Of a DNA stretch of 64,000 bases, positions 9,658 through 19,082 are shown one piece after another; the first letter of the stretch is position 1, and each line of letters begins with the position of its first letter. The stretch is from NCBI GenBank assembly GCA_963764715.1, contig CAVXTP010000014.1, positions 181,378 to 245,377 of the forward strand, written 5' to 3'. The stretch is from an uncultured Acidobacteriota bacterium (GTDB lineage: Bacteria; Acidobacteriota; Thermoanaerobaculia; UBA5066; Gp7-AA6). The position numbers and the translations under genes are program-made. The notes below the pieces were generated by a model. The model did no database searches and was not told the origin of the DNA. It was given only the letters and a program-made list of their open reading frames with translations.

Positions 9658-12600
9658 TCAGCTCGAGAAGTAGCGCGCCTGCGGGTGATGGAGGACGAGG
9701 GCCGAGACGGAGGCCTCGGGATCCATCATGTAGCCCTCCGTCAGCTCGACGCCGATCTTGCGGCCGTCGAGGAGTCGGAAGAGCGTCGCCTGGTCGGCGA
9801 GATCCGGGCAGGCCGGGTATCCGAAGCTGTAGCGCTTCCCGCGGTAGCGTCCCTGGAAACGGTCGACCATCGAGATCTCCGGCGGGTCCGGAAAGCCCCA
9901 ATCGGCGCGGAGTTTCGCATGCAGCCATTCGGCCGCGGCCTCCGCGGTCTCCACGGCGAGCGCCTGCAGCGCGTGGCACAGAAGGTATTCGCCGGCGGTC
10001 TTGAGCTCCTCGGCCCGGGCGCGGATTCCTTCCCCGGCGGTCGTCAGGAAGAACGCGACCGAGTCGGCGCCGCCGGCGCCGCGGGGACGCGCGAAGTCCG
10101 CGAGGCAGAGCCTCTCGCCGGCGACCTGTCGCGGGAACGTGAAGCACGCCTCGCCGCCTCCCGGCACGGCGACGTGCAGGGTGTTGCCCTCGGACGACGC
10201 GCCGAAGTAGCGATACATGGCTCGGGCGCGGATCCATCCGGCGGCCTGAATCTTCGCGACGACCGCCTCGAGCTCGGCGAGCTTCGGATCGCCCGCTTCC
10301 TTCAGCTTCCGGTAGCTTCCCCGCAGGCCGAGGTGCTTGGCGTAGAGCATGTGCGGGTTGAGCCACTTCCAGATCTCGGCGAGGTCGAGCTCCGGCAGAA
10401 CGTGCTCCGCCGCGTCGGGCGAGGAGACCGCTTCGACGACCGAGACCTCCGTGCTCCGGACGGCCGGGGCCGCGAGCGGCATCTCCTCCTCCGGCCGCGC
10501 GGCCGCCGCGACCGCGGCGCGGCGCTTCTCCGCCTCGGCGGCGAGCGCCGTCCGCGCGTCCTCCCCCGAGAGAATGCGGTCGGCCAGCGCGAGCCCGCGC
10601 ATCGCGTCCTCGGCGTACACCGCGAGCCCGGCATAGGCCGGCGCGATGCGGTGGTCGGTGAACTTCTGCGACAGGGCCGCGCCGCCGACGAGCATCGGCG
10701 CGTCCACGCCCGCCTTCGTCAGGTCCTGCGCCGTCGTGACCATCTGCTGCGCGCTCTTCACCAGCAGGCCCGAGAGACCGATCAGGTCCGGCCGGTGCAA
10801 CTCGAACGCCTCGATGAGCTTCTCCGGCGGCACCTTGATGCCGAGGTTCACGACCTCGTATCCGTTGTTCGACAGGATGATCTCGACGAGGTTCTTTCCG
10901 ATGTCGTGGACGTCGCCCTTGACCGTCGCCAGGATCACCTTGCCCTTGCGCGATCCCGTGGTCTTCTCCATGAACTTCTCGAGGTGCGTCACCGCGGCTT
11001 TCATGGCTTCGGCCGACTGGAGCACTTCCGCGACGATCAGCTCGTTGGCGTTGAAGAGACGCCCGACCTCGCGCATCCCCTCCATGAGGGGGCCGTTGAT
11101 GATGTCGAGCGGCGCGAGGCCTCCGGAGCGGACGGCCTCGAGGTCGTCGACGAGGCCCTCCTTCGAGCCCTCGAGGATGTACCGCGGCAGGCGCTCGAGC
11201 GGCGTCCCGGCGCGGGCCTTCGGGACTTTCGGCGCCGCGCCCTTGGCCTTGAAGTAGTCGGCGAACGCCGCGACGGGATCCGCGCCGCGATTGAAGATCA
11301 GGTCCTCGGAGAGGCGTCGCTCCTCTTCCGGAATCGAGGGGTAACGGACGATCTTCTCGGTGTTCACGATCGCGAGGTCGAGCCCGGCCTTCGTCGCGTG
11401 GTACAGGAAAACCGAGTTCAAGACCTCGCGGCCAGCCTCGGGCAGGCCGAACGAGACGTTCGAGATCCCGAGGATGGTCTTCGACTCCGGGAACTCCGCC
11501 TTGATCAGCCGGATCCCCTCGATCGTCTCCTCGGCGCTCCCCACGTACTTCTCGTCGCCCGTTCCGCAGGGAAAGACGAGCGGGTCGAAGAGGATGTCCT
11601 CCGGCGGGAACTCGTATTTCTCGGTCAGGAGGGTGTAGCTGCGCCGGGCGACCTCGAGCTTGCGCTGCCGCGTCACGGCCATGCCGTGCTCGGGGTCCTC
11701 GTCGATCGTTCCGACCACGAGCGCCGCGCCGTAGCGCTGGGCGAGCGGCAGGACCGTCCGGAACCGCTCCTCGCCGTCCTCGAGATTGATCGAGTTGAGG
11801 ATCGCCTTGCCCTGGCTCCACTTGAGCCCGAGCTCGAGCACGTTCGCGTCGGTCGAGTCGAGCATCAGCGGCGCCTTGATCATGCGGATCGCCCGCGAGA
11901 GGAAGGCGTTGGCGTCGGCGACCTCGTCGCGGTCGGGGTCCTGGAGGCAGACGTCGATGACCTGCGCGCCGTTCTTGACCTGCGCCCGGGCGATCTCGGC
12001 CGCGGCGTCGAAGTCGCCGGCCGCCACGAGCCGCTTGAACTTGCGGCTGCCGAGCACGTTGGTGCGCTCGCCCACGAGGACCGGCCGGTTGTCGACGTCG
12101 ACCTCGAGCAGGTCGATGCCGGAAACCAGGGTCTTGGCGTGGATCGCGGGACGGCGCGGCTTGCGGCCTTCCGCGGCCGCGGCCAGGGCCCGGATGTGGG
12201 CGGGCGTCGTTCCGCAGCAGCCGCCGACGATGTTGACCCAGCCCGCGTCCATGAACCGCCCGAGCTCGCGGGAGATCGACTCCGGCGTCTCGGAGTACTT
12301 TCCGTCGACGTCCGGGAGCCCCGCGTTGGGGTAGCAGGAGGTCAGCGTCTTCGCGATCCCCGAGAGGGTCCGGATGTGGTCCGTCATGAACTCGGGGCCC
12401 GTCGCGCAGTTGATCCCGACCGAAAGCAACGGCGCGTGCATCACCGACGCGTACAGCGCCTCGACGCCCTGCCCGGCGAGCATCGTGCCCATCGGCTCGA
12501 TCGTCACGGAGACCATGACCGGCGTGCGCCAGCCGACTTCGGCGAAGGCCTGCTCGACGCCGATCAGACCCGCCTTGAGGTTGCGCGTGTCCTGCGTCGT

Positions 12601-13122
12601 TTCGAGGAGCAGCACGTCGGCGCCGCCGGAGAGGAGGCCGATCGCCTGCGTCCGGTAGTGGACGATCATCTCGTCGAAGGTCACTCCGCCTGTGACCGTC
12701 ATGGCCTTCGTCGTCGGGCCCATCGAGCCCGCCACGAAGCGCAGGCGCCCCGGCGTCGAGGCCGCCGCGGCGGCCTCGCGGGCGATCTCGGCCGCCCTCC
12801 GGTTGATCTCGACGGCCTGGCCGGCGAGCGCGTACTCGGCGAGCACGAGCGGCGTGCCGCCGAAGGTGTCGGTCTCGACCATGTCGGCGCCGGCCTCGAA
12901 GTAGTCGGCGTGCATCCGGCGGACCAGGTCCGGCCGCGTCAGGACCAGGTTCTCGTTGCAGCCCTCGAGCTCCGGTCCGCCGAAGTCCGCCTCCGACAGG
13001 TCCTGGGCCTGCATCCAGGTCCCCGTCGCCCCGTCGAGGACGAGGATCCTCCCGGCGAGCAGCTCCTGGAGAGCCTCGGCTCGCTCGCGCTGGGTCGGGC
13101 CGGTCGGGGCGGGTCGGTCCAT
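9658..13122 (-). CDS. metH: Cobalamin-dependent methionine synthase
   Basis: LDGATGT, GINCATGP and GGCCGT (Zn ligands), GERTN pterin domain, DVHDIGKN cobalamin motif, RYSFGYPACPD activation domain. Confidence 0.97.
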   Translation of the reverse strand: MDRPAPTGPTQRERAEALQELLAGRILVLDGATGTWMQAQDLSEADFGGPELEGCNENLVLTRPDLVRRMHADYFEAGADMVETDTFGGTPLVLAEYALAGQAVEINRRAAEIAREAAAAASTPGRLRFVAGSMGPTTKAMTVTGGVTFDEMIVHYRTQAIGLLSGGADVLLLETTQDTRNLKAGLIGVEQAFAEVGWRTPVMVSVTIEPMGTMLAGQGVEALYASVMHAPLLSVGINCATGPEFMTDHIRTLSGIAKTLTSCYPNAGLPDVDGKYSETPESISRELGRFMDAGWVNIVGGCCGTTPAHIRALAAAAEGRKPRRPAIHAKTLVSGIDLLEVDVDNRPVLVGERTNVLGSRKFKRLVAAGDFDAAAEIARAQVKNGAQVIDVCLQDPDRDEVADANAFLSRAIRMIKAPLMLDSTDANVLELGLKWSQGKAILNSINLEDGEERFRTVLPLAQRYGAALVVGTIDEDPEHGMAVTRQRKLEVARRSYTLLTEKYEFPPEDILFDPLVFPCGTGDEKYVGSAEETIEGIRLIKAEFPESKTILGISNVSFGLPEAGREVLNSVFLYHATKAGLDLAIVNTEKIVRYPSIPEEERRLSEDLIFNRGADPVAAFADYFKAKGAAPKVPKARAGTPLERLPRYILEGSKEGLVDDLEAVRSGGLAPLDIINGPLMEGMREVGRLFNANELIVAEVLQSAEAMKAAVTHLEKFMEKTTGSRKGKVILATVKGDVHDIGKNLVEIILSNNGYEVVNLGIKVPPEKLIEAFELHRPDLIGLSGLLVKSAQQMVTTAQDLTKAGVDAPMLVGGAALSQKFTDHRIAPAYAGLAVYAEDAMRGLALADRILSGEDARTALAAEAEKRRAAVAAAARPEEEMPLAAPAVRSTEVSVVEAVSSPDAAEHVLPELDLAEIWKWLNPHMLYAKHLGLRGSYRKLKEAGDPKLAELEAVVAKIQAAGWIRARAMYRYFGASSEGNTLHVAVPGGGEACFTFPRQVAGERLCLADFARPRGAGGADSVAFFLTTAGEGIRARAEELKTAGEYLLCHALQALAVETAEAAAEWLHAKLRADWGFPDPPEISMVDRFQGRYRGKRYSFGYPACPDLADQATLFRLLDGRKIGVELTEGYMMDPEASVSALVLHHPQARYFSS

Positions 13123-13246
13123 GAAGGACGGATTATGAGGGATTCCCGCGCGGGATTTCCGGGGCTAGACTCGGCCTTCCGGAGAGGACCCCGCGGAGCC
13201 GCCGGCTGGATTATGCTGCGGGCCGCTTTTTCGGAGGAGGAGACTC

Positions 13247-13738
13247 ATGGGGCGTCGCGCCGATGCACTGGCAGATCGGATCGAGCAGGGAGCGGCGGGC
13301 CTCGCCGCTTTTGCGGAAGGACTCTCGGAAGCGGAGTGGGGCCGGCCGATCTCGGCGGGCGGCGGCGACAGGCGGTCCGTCGGCGTCATCGTCCACCACG
13401 TCGCCTCCGTCTATCCCATCGAAGTCGACCTCGCGAAGAAGATCGCGAGCGGGCAGGCCGCGACGGACGTCACGTGGGACGCGATCGCCGCGATGAACGC
13501 GAACCACGCCCGCGAGAGCGCGGGGTTGAACAAGGCCGCGACGCTCGAGCTCCTGCGGCGCAACGCCCGCGAGGCGGCGGCGCGGGTGCGCGCGTTCACA
13601 GACGCCGAGCTCGACCAGGCGGCCCCCCTCGGGTTGAGCTACGGCGCGCCGGTGACCGCGCAGTTCGTCGTGGAGGACCACGCCCTCCGGCACAGCTGGC
13701 ACCACCTGGCGAAGATCCGCCAGACCCTGGGCCGCTGA
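13247..13738 (+). CDS. DinB-like four-helix protein
   Basis: RSVGVIVHHVA and HALRHSWHHL histidine motifs; strong GGAGGAGG SD. Confidence 0.7.
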   Translation: MGRRADALADRIEQGAAGLAAFAEGLSEAEWGRPISAGGGDRRSVGVIVHHVASVYPIEVDLAKKIASGQAATDVTWDAIAAMNANHARESAGLNKAATLELLRRNAREAAARVRAFTDAELDQAAPLGLSYGAPVTAQFVVEDHALRHSWHHLAKIRQTLGR

Positions 13739-13822
13739 GGCCGGGGCGCGGGCGGGGCCCGGTCCCCGGGCGAGCTGACCCGAAAAGGGGATGGATTCCG
13801 CGTAGTTAAGACGAGGTGTCCC

Positions 13823-16174
13823 ATGCGCCCTGCGCGGACCGCTCGGCTCGCCCTCGGTTTCGCCCTCTCCTCCCTCTCGCTGTACGCCGCCACGCTCACG
13901 GTCACGACGGCCGCGGACAGCGGCGCCGGCTCGCTGCGCGACGCGATCACGCAGTCCAACGCCTCCGCCGGCACTCTCGACACGATCGCCTTCGCGATCG
14001 CGGGCGCCGGGGTGCACACGATCGCGCTCGACACCTCGCTGCCGATCGTGACCGACCCCGTCGTGATCGACGGCACGACGCAACCCGGGTACGCCGGCGC
14101 CCCCCTGATCGAGCTGACCCCCAACACGCCGATCGGATCGTTCCGCATCGATGCCGGCGGAACGACCATCCGGGGCCTGAACATCCACGGATTCGGAACC
14201 AATCTCCAGTTCTTCACCAACGGGGGCAACGTCATCGAAGCCTGCTACATCGGGACGGACCCCACCGGGACGACGGGGTCCGCCGGAACCGGCATCGCCA
14301 TGCAGAACTCGGGGAACAACCGCATCGGGGGGCCGACGGTCGCGTCGCACAACCTCATCTCGGGCATGAACGGGAACGGCATCACGCTCATCGGCTCCGA
14401 CGGGACCGTGATCCAGGGCAACCTCATCGGCTCCGACGCCTCGGGCGCCGGGGCCCTCGGCAACGGGTCCGGCATATCGGTCGTCAACAGCACCGACGTC
14501 ACGATCGGAGGCACGGTCGCGGGCCTCGGCAACCTCGTCTCCTCGAACTCGGGCGACGGAATTCACGTCACGAACTCCGGCAACGTCCTCATCGCCGGGA
14601 ACCTCGTGGGGACCGACCTGAGCGGGACCCTCGCCCGGCCGAACAACTTCGGTTTCGACGTCAACAACCTGACCGGTTCGATCACGATCGGCGGCCTCGA
14701 AACCGCGGCCCGGAACATCGTCTCGGGAAACAACCTCGGCATCTTCCTGAACAACGGCGTCCACGGAGGCACGATCCAGGGCAACTTCATCGGGACGGAC
14801 ATCACCGGGACGCTTCCCCTGCCGAACACCGTCGGGATCCTGACCAACACGCTCGACACGACCGACCTCGTCATCGGTGGCCCCGGACCGGGAGAGGGGA
14901 ACGTCATCGCGTTCAACCGGGGCGTCGGGAACAGTCACGGCATCTGGAACCTCGGCCTGCGCGTGACGATGCGCGGGAACTCGATTCACGACAACGACGG
15001 CATCGGGATCGACAACGGGCTCGCCGGCCCGGACCCGAACGACCCGGGAGACGCCGACGCCGGTCCGAACGACGGGCAGAACTTTCCCCTGATCTCCTCG
15101 GTCCAGATCCTCGGGCCGCAGGGCACCGGCACCCGGGTGACCGGGGTCCTCCGGAGCCTGCCGAGCGCGACGTACACCCTCGACTTCTACGGCAATACCG
15201 GCTGCACGCCCCGTCCGCAGGACTTCGTGGAGGGCGAGACGTACCTCGGAAACTCCCAGGCCACGACCGACGGGACCGGCTCCGCCACGTTCGACGTCAC
15301 GCTGCCGGTCGCGATCGCGCCGGGGGACTTCGTGTCGGCCACCGCCACCGATCCGGGCGGGAGCACCTCGGAGTTCTCGCAGAGGCTCCCCTTCTCGGTC
15401 TTCCCGACGTCCGGTCCGGCGTCGGGAGGCACCGCGCTCACGATCCAGGGCACCGACTTCTCAGCCGGCGCCGCGGTCACGATCGGCGGACAGCCCGCCG
15501 CGGGCGTGAACATCGAAAGCTCGACGCAGATCACCGCGCAATCCCCCCTGCTGGCCGCGGGCACGGTGAACGACCTGACCGTGACCAACACCGACCTGAC
15601 CAACGGCACCCTTCCGAAGGCCTGGGTCGCGGACTTCCTGGACGCTCCGGCGTTCCACCAGTTCCACTCCTACGTCACGATCCTCGTCCGCAACGCGATC
15701 ACGGCGGGCGTGGGCGGCGGGCTCTACGGCGTGGACCAGCCGACGCTGCGTCAGCAGATGGCCGTGTTCCTCCTGAAGGCCAGGTACGGCGTCTGCTACG
15801 TGCCGCCGCCCTGCGGGGGCACGTTCAGCGACGTGCCCTGCCCGTCGACGTTCGCCAACTGGATCGAGGACCTCGCCGCGCAGGGCATCACCGGCGGGTG
15901 CGGCACCGGCGTCTACTGTCCGCAAAACCCGGTGCGCCGGGACCAGATGGCGGTCTTTCTCCTCAAGGCCGAGCATGGCTCGAGCTATGCGCCCCCCGCC
16001 TGCTCCGGCACGTTCCCCGACGTGCCGTGTCCGTCGACCTTCGCGGACTGGATCGAGCAGCTTTCGGCCGAGAACATCACCGGCGGCTGCGGCGGAGGGA
16101 ACTACTGCCCCGGCAATCCCAACACGCGCGGGCAGATGGCGGTGTTCATCACGAAGACGTTCAATCTTCAGTAA
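13823..16174 (+). CDS. Secreted surface protein: beta-helix repeats, IPT/TIG domain and three Cys-containing SLH domains
   Basis: Signal peptide; DSGAGSLRDAI; repeated GNxIGTDxxG; GSTSEFS; SGPASGGT (IPT); three ITxG..RxQMAVF repeats. Confidence 0.85.
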   Translation: MRPARTARLALGFALSSLSLYAATLTVTTAADSGAGSLRDAITQSNASAGTLDTIAFAIAGAGVHTIALDTSLPIVTDPVVIDGTTQPGYAGAPLIELTPNTPIGSFRIDAGGTTIRGLNIHGFGTNLQFFTNGGNVIEACYIGTDPTGTTGSAGTGIAMQNSGNNRIGGPTVASHNLISGMNGNGITLIGSDGTVIQGNLIGSDASGAGALGNGSGISVVNSTDVTIGGTVAGLGNLVSSNSGDGIHVTNSGNVLIAGNLVGTDLSGTLARPNNFGFDVNNLTGSITIGGLETAARNIVSGNNLGIFLNNGVHGGTIQGNFIGTDITGTLPLPNTVGILTNTLDTTDLVIGGPGPGEGNVIAFNRGVGNSHGIWNLGLRVTMRGNSIHDNDGIGIDNGLAGPDPNDPGDADAGPNDGQNFPLISSVQILGPQGTGTRVTGVLRSLPSATYTLDFYGNTGCTPRPQDFVEGETYLGNSQATTDGTGSATFDVTLPVAIAPGDFVSATATDPGGSTSEFSQRLPFSVFPTSGPASGGTALTIQGTDFSAGAAVTIGGQPAAGVNIESSTQITAQSPLLAAGTVNDLTVTNTDLTNGTLPKAWVADFLDAPAFHQFHSYVTILVRNAITAGVGGGLYGVDQPTLRQQMAVFLLKARYGVCYVPPPCGGTFSDVPCPSTFANWIEDLAAQGITGGCGTGVYCPQNPVRRDQMAVFLLKAEHGSSYAPPACSGTFPDVPCPSTFADWIEQLSAENITGGCGGGNYCPGNPNTRGQMAVFITKTFNLQ

Positions 16175-16185
16175 AGGAGGCGTCG

Positions 16186-18765
16186 ATGGTCCTCCGCCGC
16201 TCGGCTCCGATTCTCCTCGCAGCGCTGCTCCTGACGCCGGCGGCCGGCCGGGCCTCGATCCAGTTCGAGAGCGCCACCTACACGGTGACGGAGAGCGCCA
16301 ACCTTCTTTCGGTCCGCCTCACCCGCAATGACGACCCGAACGCTCCGCAGAGCTTCACCCTCTCGATCCGCGACGTCACCGCGACGCGAAACCTGGATTA
16401 CATCTTTTCGCCGATCTTCGACCAGCCGTGGCCATCGGGGGACGTTTCGATCGATCTCACGGTGACGATCCTGAGCGACGCACTCGACGAGGTCGACGAA
16501 ACGTTCGAGCTGTCCGTGTCGGCGGGTGATCGCACGGGAATACCCGCGGTCGCCACGATCACGATCCAGGACGACGACGGCGCCGCGACGACGCCAACGC
16601 CCGTTCGGACACCGAGTCCCACGACAACTCCGCCGGCTGGTTGCAACAGCGCTTGCCTCATCGCGGTCGTCTTCTGCGAGCCAACCCCTCCTCGGATTGA
16701 CACCCCGACGCCGGTGGGGGGTGAACCGACCGTGACGCCGGCGCCCATACGGCCCGCGAGTTGGAGCGTGTTGGCCCGGGCGGCGGCGCTCGCGACTTTC
16801 GATCCCGACGTCTACCTTCGGCTGCGGAAGGAGAGCTTCCTGGAGACTCCGGTGGGCCGACACTTCGCCGACCTGTACAACACGCACACGCGCGAGATGA
16901 GCGACCTCGCGCGAGCCAATCCGCAGGCCCTCGCAGCGGCCGGGCGTGTTCTCGCAACCTGGCAGCCGGCTTTTCTCGCCCTCCTCGAGGGACGCGGCTC
17001 CACGGAGATCATTTCGGCTTCCCAGGTCGCCGACTTCCAGAAAGCCTTCGACGTTTTCGAGAGCCTCGGCAGCCCGCAGCTCCGCCTGGCCCTCGAGCGC
17101 CAGGAGGCGCTTCTCGGCCTCACCGGCTACGTCGGCCTCACGGCCGAAGCGGCGCGGCTGCGTCTCGAAAGCGTCGCGCCGCCGGCCGCCGTCCTGCCCG
17201 TGGCGACGTCGGTTCACGGGGCGGGCGGGTCGTTTTTCCATTCCGACGTCCGGGTCCTCAACCCGTCCGATTTCGCTCCCGTGACCGTGGCGGCGCGTTA
17301 CCGGTGCGGCGCGAGCTCCTGCGGCGCCTCGGAACAGGCCTTCACCCTCGCGCCGGGAGAGCTGCGCGCCTTCGACGACATCGTCGTCAGCCTCTTCGGA
17401 GCCCCGGAGACTTTCGGAGCCATCGAATTCACGGGCGACGTGCTCGTGGACAGCCGCATCTACACACCCTCGCGGCCGAGCCCGACGACGGGGATGTACG
17501 CGCCCGGCCAGGCGATGGACGAGGCGTATCCCGAGGCCGTTCTCCTGGCCCTCTCCCACTCGACGGACTCGTCGCGGGGATTCCGCACGAACGTCGGCGC
17601 CTACAACGGAAACGACGTGGCGCTCACCGTCACCTTTGCTCTCTTCGACGCGTCCGGGGCGGCGCTCGGAATCGTGACGCGGTCCGTTCCCGCCCGTGTC
17701 ACCGTCCAGGTGAACAACGTGTTCGACGCCGCGGGAGTCACCCACGACGTCGAGAGCGCCTATGCCGTCGTCCGCGGAGACGGCGTTCACGAGCTCTTCG
17801 CTTACGCGGCCGTCGTCGACAACCAGACCCAGGATCCCTTCCTCATCCGGGGCCGGAACAATCGCGCGTTCGAGAACGGGGCGATCCTTCCGGCGGTCGC
17901 TTCCGTCCATGGCGTCGGAGGGGCCTTCTTCCACTCCGACGTCCACGTGCTGAACCCGGACCCCGCCGAACCCGTGACGGTCCGTGCCCGCTATCGCTGC
18001 GCGGGCGGCTCGTGCGGGGCTGCCGAGCAGACGTTCGTACTCGCGCCGAGGCAGATGCGCACCTTCGACGACATCGTCGGCGGCCTCTTTGGTGCCCCGG
18101 AGACTTTCGGCGCGGTGGAATTCGAGGGCAGCGTCCTCGTCGACAGCCGCCTCTACACGCCGTCGCGCCCGGGCCCGACGGCCGGCATGGCCATTCCCGG
18201 GGTCCGGCGCGAACGGGCCGATCCGGAGTCCTATCTGCCCTTCCTCTCCCACTCGGCCGATCTCGCGCGCGGCTTCCGCACGAATCTCGGCGTGTACAAC
18301 GTCAACGATGCGTCGATCTCTGCGACCATCTCGCTGTACGGCGCCGCCGGCGATCATCTCGCCGACGTGGTTCGGAGCGTCCCGGCGCGCGGACTCGTGC
18401 AGGTCAACGACGTCTTCGGAGCGGCCGGCATCGGCCACGACGTGGAGGACGCCTACGCGGTCGTGCGCGCCGACGGCGTTCACGAGTTCCTCGCCTACGC
18501 GGCCGTCGTGGACAACCGGACGCAGGACCCCACGTTCGCGTTCGGCCGCGGACGCGTTCGAATCCCGACCGGACCGCCGCCCTCGGCGGCGGCACCGACG
18601 CGAGGATCGCTTCCGAAGCTGCCGACCCCCGGCTTCCTCGTCGCGGCCTCCCTTCTCCTGGCGCTGGGATTTGGATCGCTGCGTAGGCGCCAGGCGCACC
18701 GACCTGCGCTCGAAAGCCCCGCCCTTCGCGAGGTCGGGAAGGAGGACGTCGCCCTGCCGTCCTGA
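16186..18765 (+). CDS. Secreted multidomain surface protein (Calx-beta, Pro/Thr linkers, two tandem ~230-aa domains, C-terminal TM anchor)
   Basis: AAGGAGG SD then ATG at 16186; IQFESATYTVTE..DEVDETF..ITIQDDD is Calx-beta; duplicated LPxxxSVHGxGGxFFHSDV domain; hydrophobic tail followed by RRR. Confidence 0.8.
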   Translation: MVLRRSAPILLAALLLTPAAGRASIQFESATYTVTESANLLSVRLTRNDDPNAPQSFTLSIRDVTATRNLDYIFSPIFDQPWPSGDVSIDLTVTILSDALDEVDETFELSVSAGDRTGIPAVATITIQDDDGAATTPTPVRTPSPTTTPPAGCNSACLIAVVFCEPTPPRIDTPTPVGGEPTVTPAPIRPASWSVLARAAALATFDPDVYLRLRKESFLETPVGRHFADLYNTHTREMSDLARANPQALAAAGRVLATWQPAFLALLEGRGSTEIISASQVADFQKAFDVFESLGSPQLRLALERQEALLGLTGYVGLTAEAARLRLESVAPPAAVLPVATSVHGAGGSFFHSDVRVLNPSDFAPVTVAARYRCGASSCGASEQAFTLAPGELRAFDDIVVSLFGAPETFGAIEFTGDVLVDSRIYTPSRPSPTTGMYAPGQAMDEAYPEAVLLALSHSTDSSRGFRTNVGAYNGNDVALTVTFALFDASGAALGIVTRSVPARVTVQVNNVFDAAGVTHDVESAYAVVRGDGVHELFAYAAVVDNQTQDPFLIRGRNNRAFENGAILPAVASVHGVGGAFFHSDVHVLNPDPAEPVTVRARYRCAGGSCGAAEQTFVLAPRQMRTFDDIVGGLFGAPETFGAVEFEGSVLVDSRLYTPSRPGPTAGMAIPGVRRERADPESYLPFLSHSADLARGFRTNLGVYNVNDASISATISLYGAAGDHLADVVRSVPARGLVQVNDVFGAAGIGHDVEDAYAVVRADGVHEFLAYAAVVDNRTQDPTFAFGRGRVRIPTGPPPSAAAPTRGSLPKLPTPGFLVAASLLLALGFGSLRRRQAHRPALESPALREVGKEDVALPS
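17191..18546 (+). repeat. Intragenic tandem duplication, offset 693 bp (231 codons)
   Basis: Copies start at 17191 and 17884 and share strings such as TTCGACGACATCGTC, GCCCCGGAGACTTTCGG and GACGGCGTTCACGAG. Confidence 0.85.
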
Positions 18766-18806
18766 GAGTCCGCTCCGCCCGGGGAGGAGCGCCTATACTG
18801 CCCTCG

Positions 18807-19082
18807 ATGCCGGATCCTGCGCTGCCGGGCGAAGACGTGATCGACAAAGGCCTCGCGGATCTCGCGCGGGGCGAGGAGAGCGTCGAAGCGCTCCTCGTTT
18901 CGATCGGCGCCCCGCGTCTCGAGCGGATCGGCCTTCGGATCGTCCACCCGTTCCCGACCCCCGAGCACCGGCTCTACGCCCTCCTCTCCCGCACGGACCC
19001 CGATTCGGCGCACTCCCGCTACAACGCCCTCATCCGGCGTCTCGTCAGCTACGAGCGGGCCGCGGAATGCGTCGTCCCGTAG
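18807..19082 (+). CDS. Small helical hypothetical protein, putative partner/antitoxin of the downstream nucleotidyltransferase
   Basis: 91 aa with genome-typical codon use; TATACT 7 nt upstream; overlaps the next gene by 16 nt. Confidence 0.7.
   Translation: MPDPALPGEDVIDKGLADLARGEESVEALLVSIGAPRLERIGLRIVHPFPTPEHRLYALLSRTDPDSAHSRYNALIRRLVSYERAAECVVP

Noticed and set aside
13123-13246. SAM or cobalamin riboswitch upstream of metH
   Set aside because: Only 124 nt shared with a divergent gene, a -10-like box 9 nt from the ATG, and no recognisable aptamer consensus.
9685-13809. 1374-aa plus-strand ORF opposite metH, and similar long antisense ORFs such as 34682-39424 and 50993-53980
   Set aside because: Shadow frames of high-GC genes; low-complexity R/G/V/A-rich translations with no motifs, fully overlapping clear genes on the other strand.
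13816-18765. 1649-aa ORF as one giant protein
   Set aside because: The first ~790 codons are an off-frame shadow of the SLH protein gene; the real gene starts at 16186 after an AAGGAGG SD with its own signal peptide.
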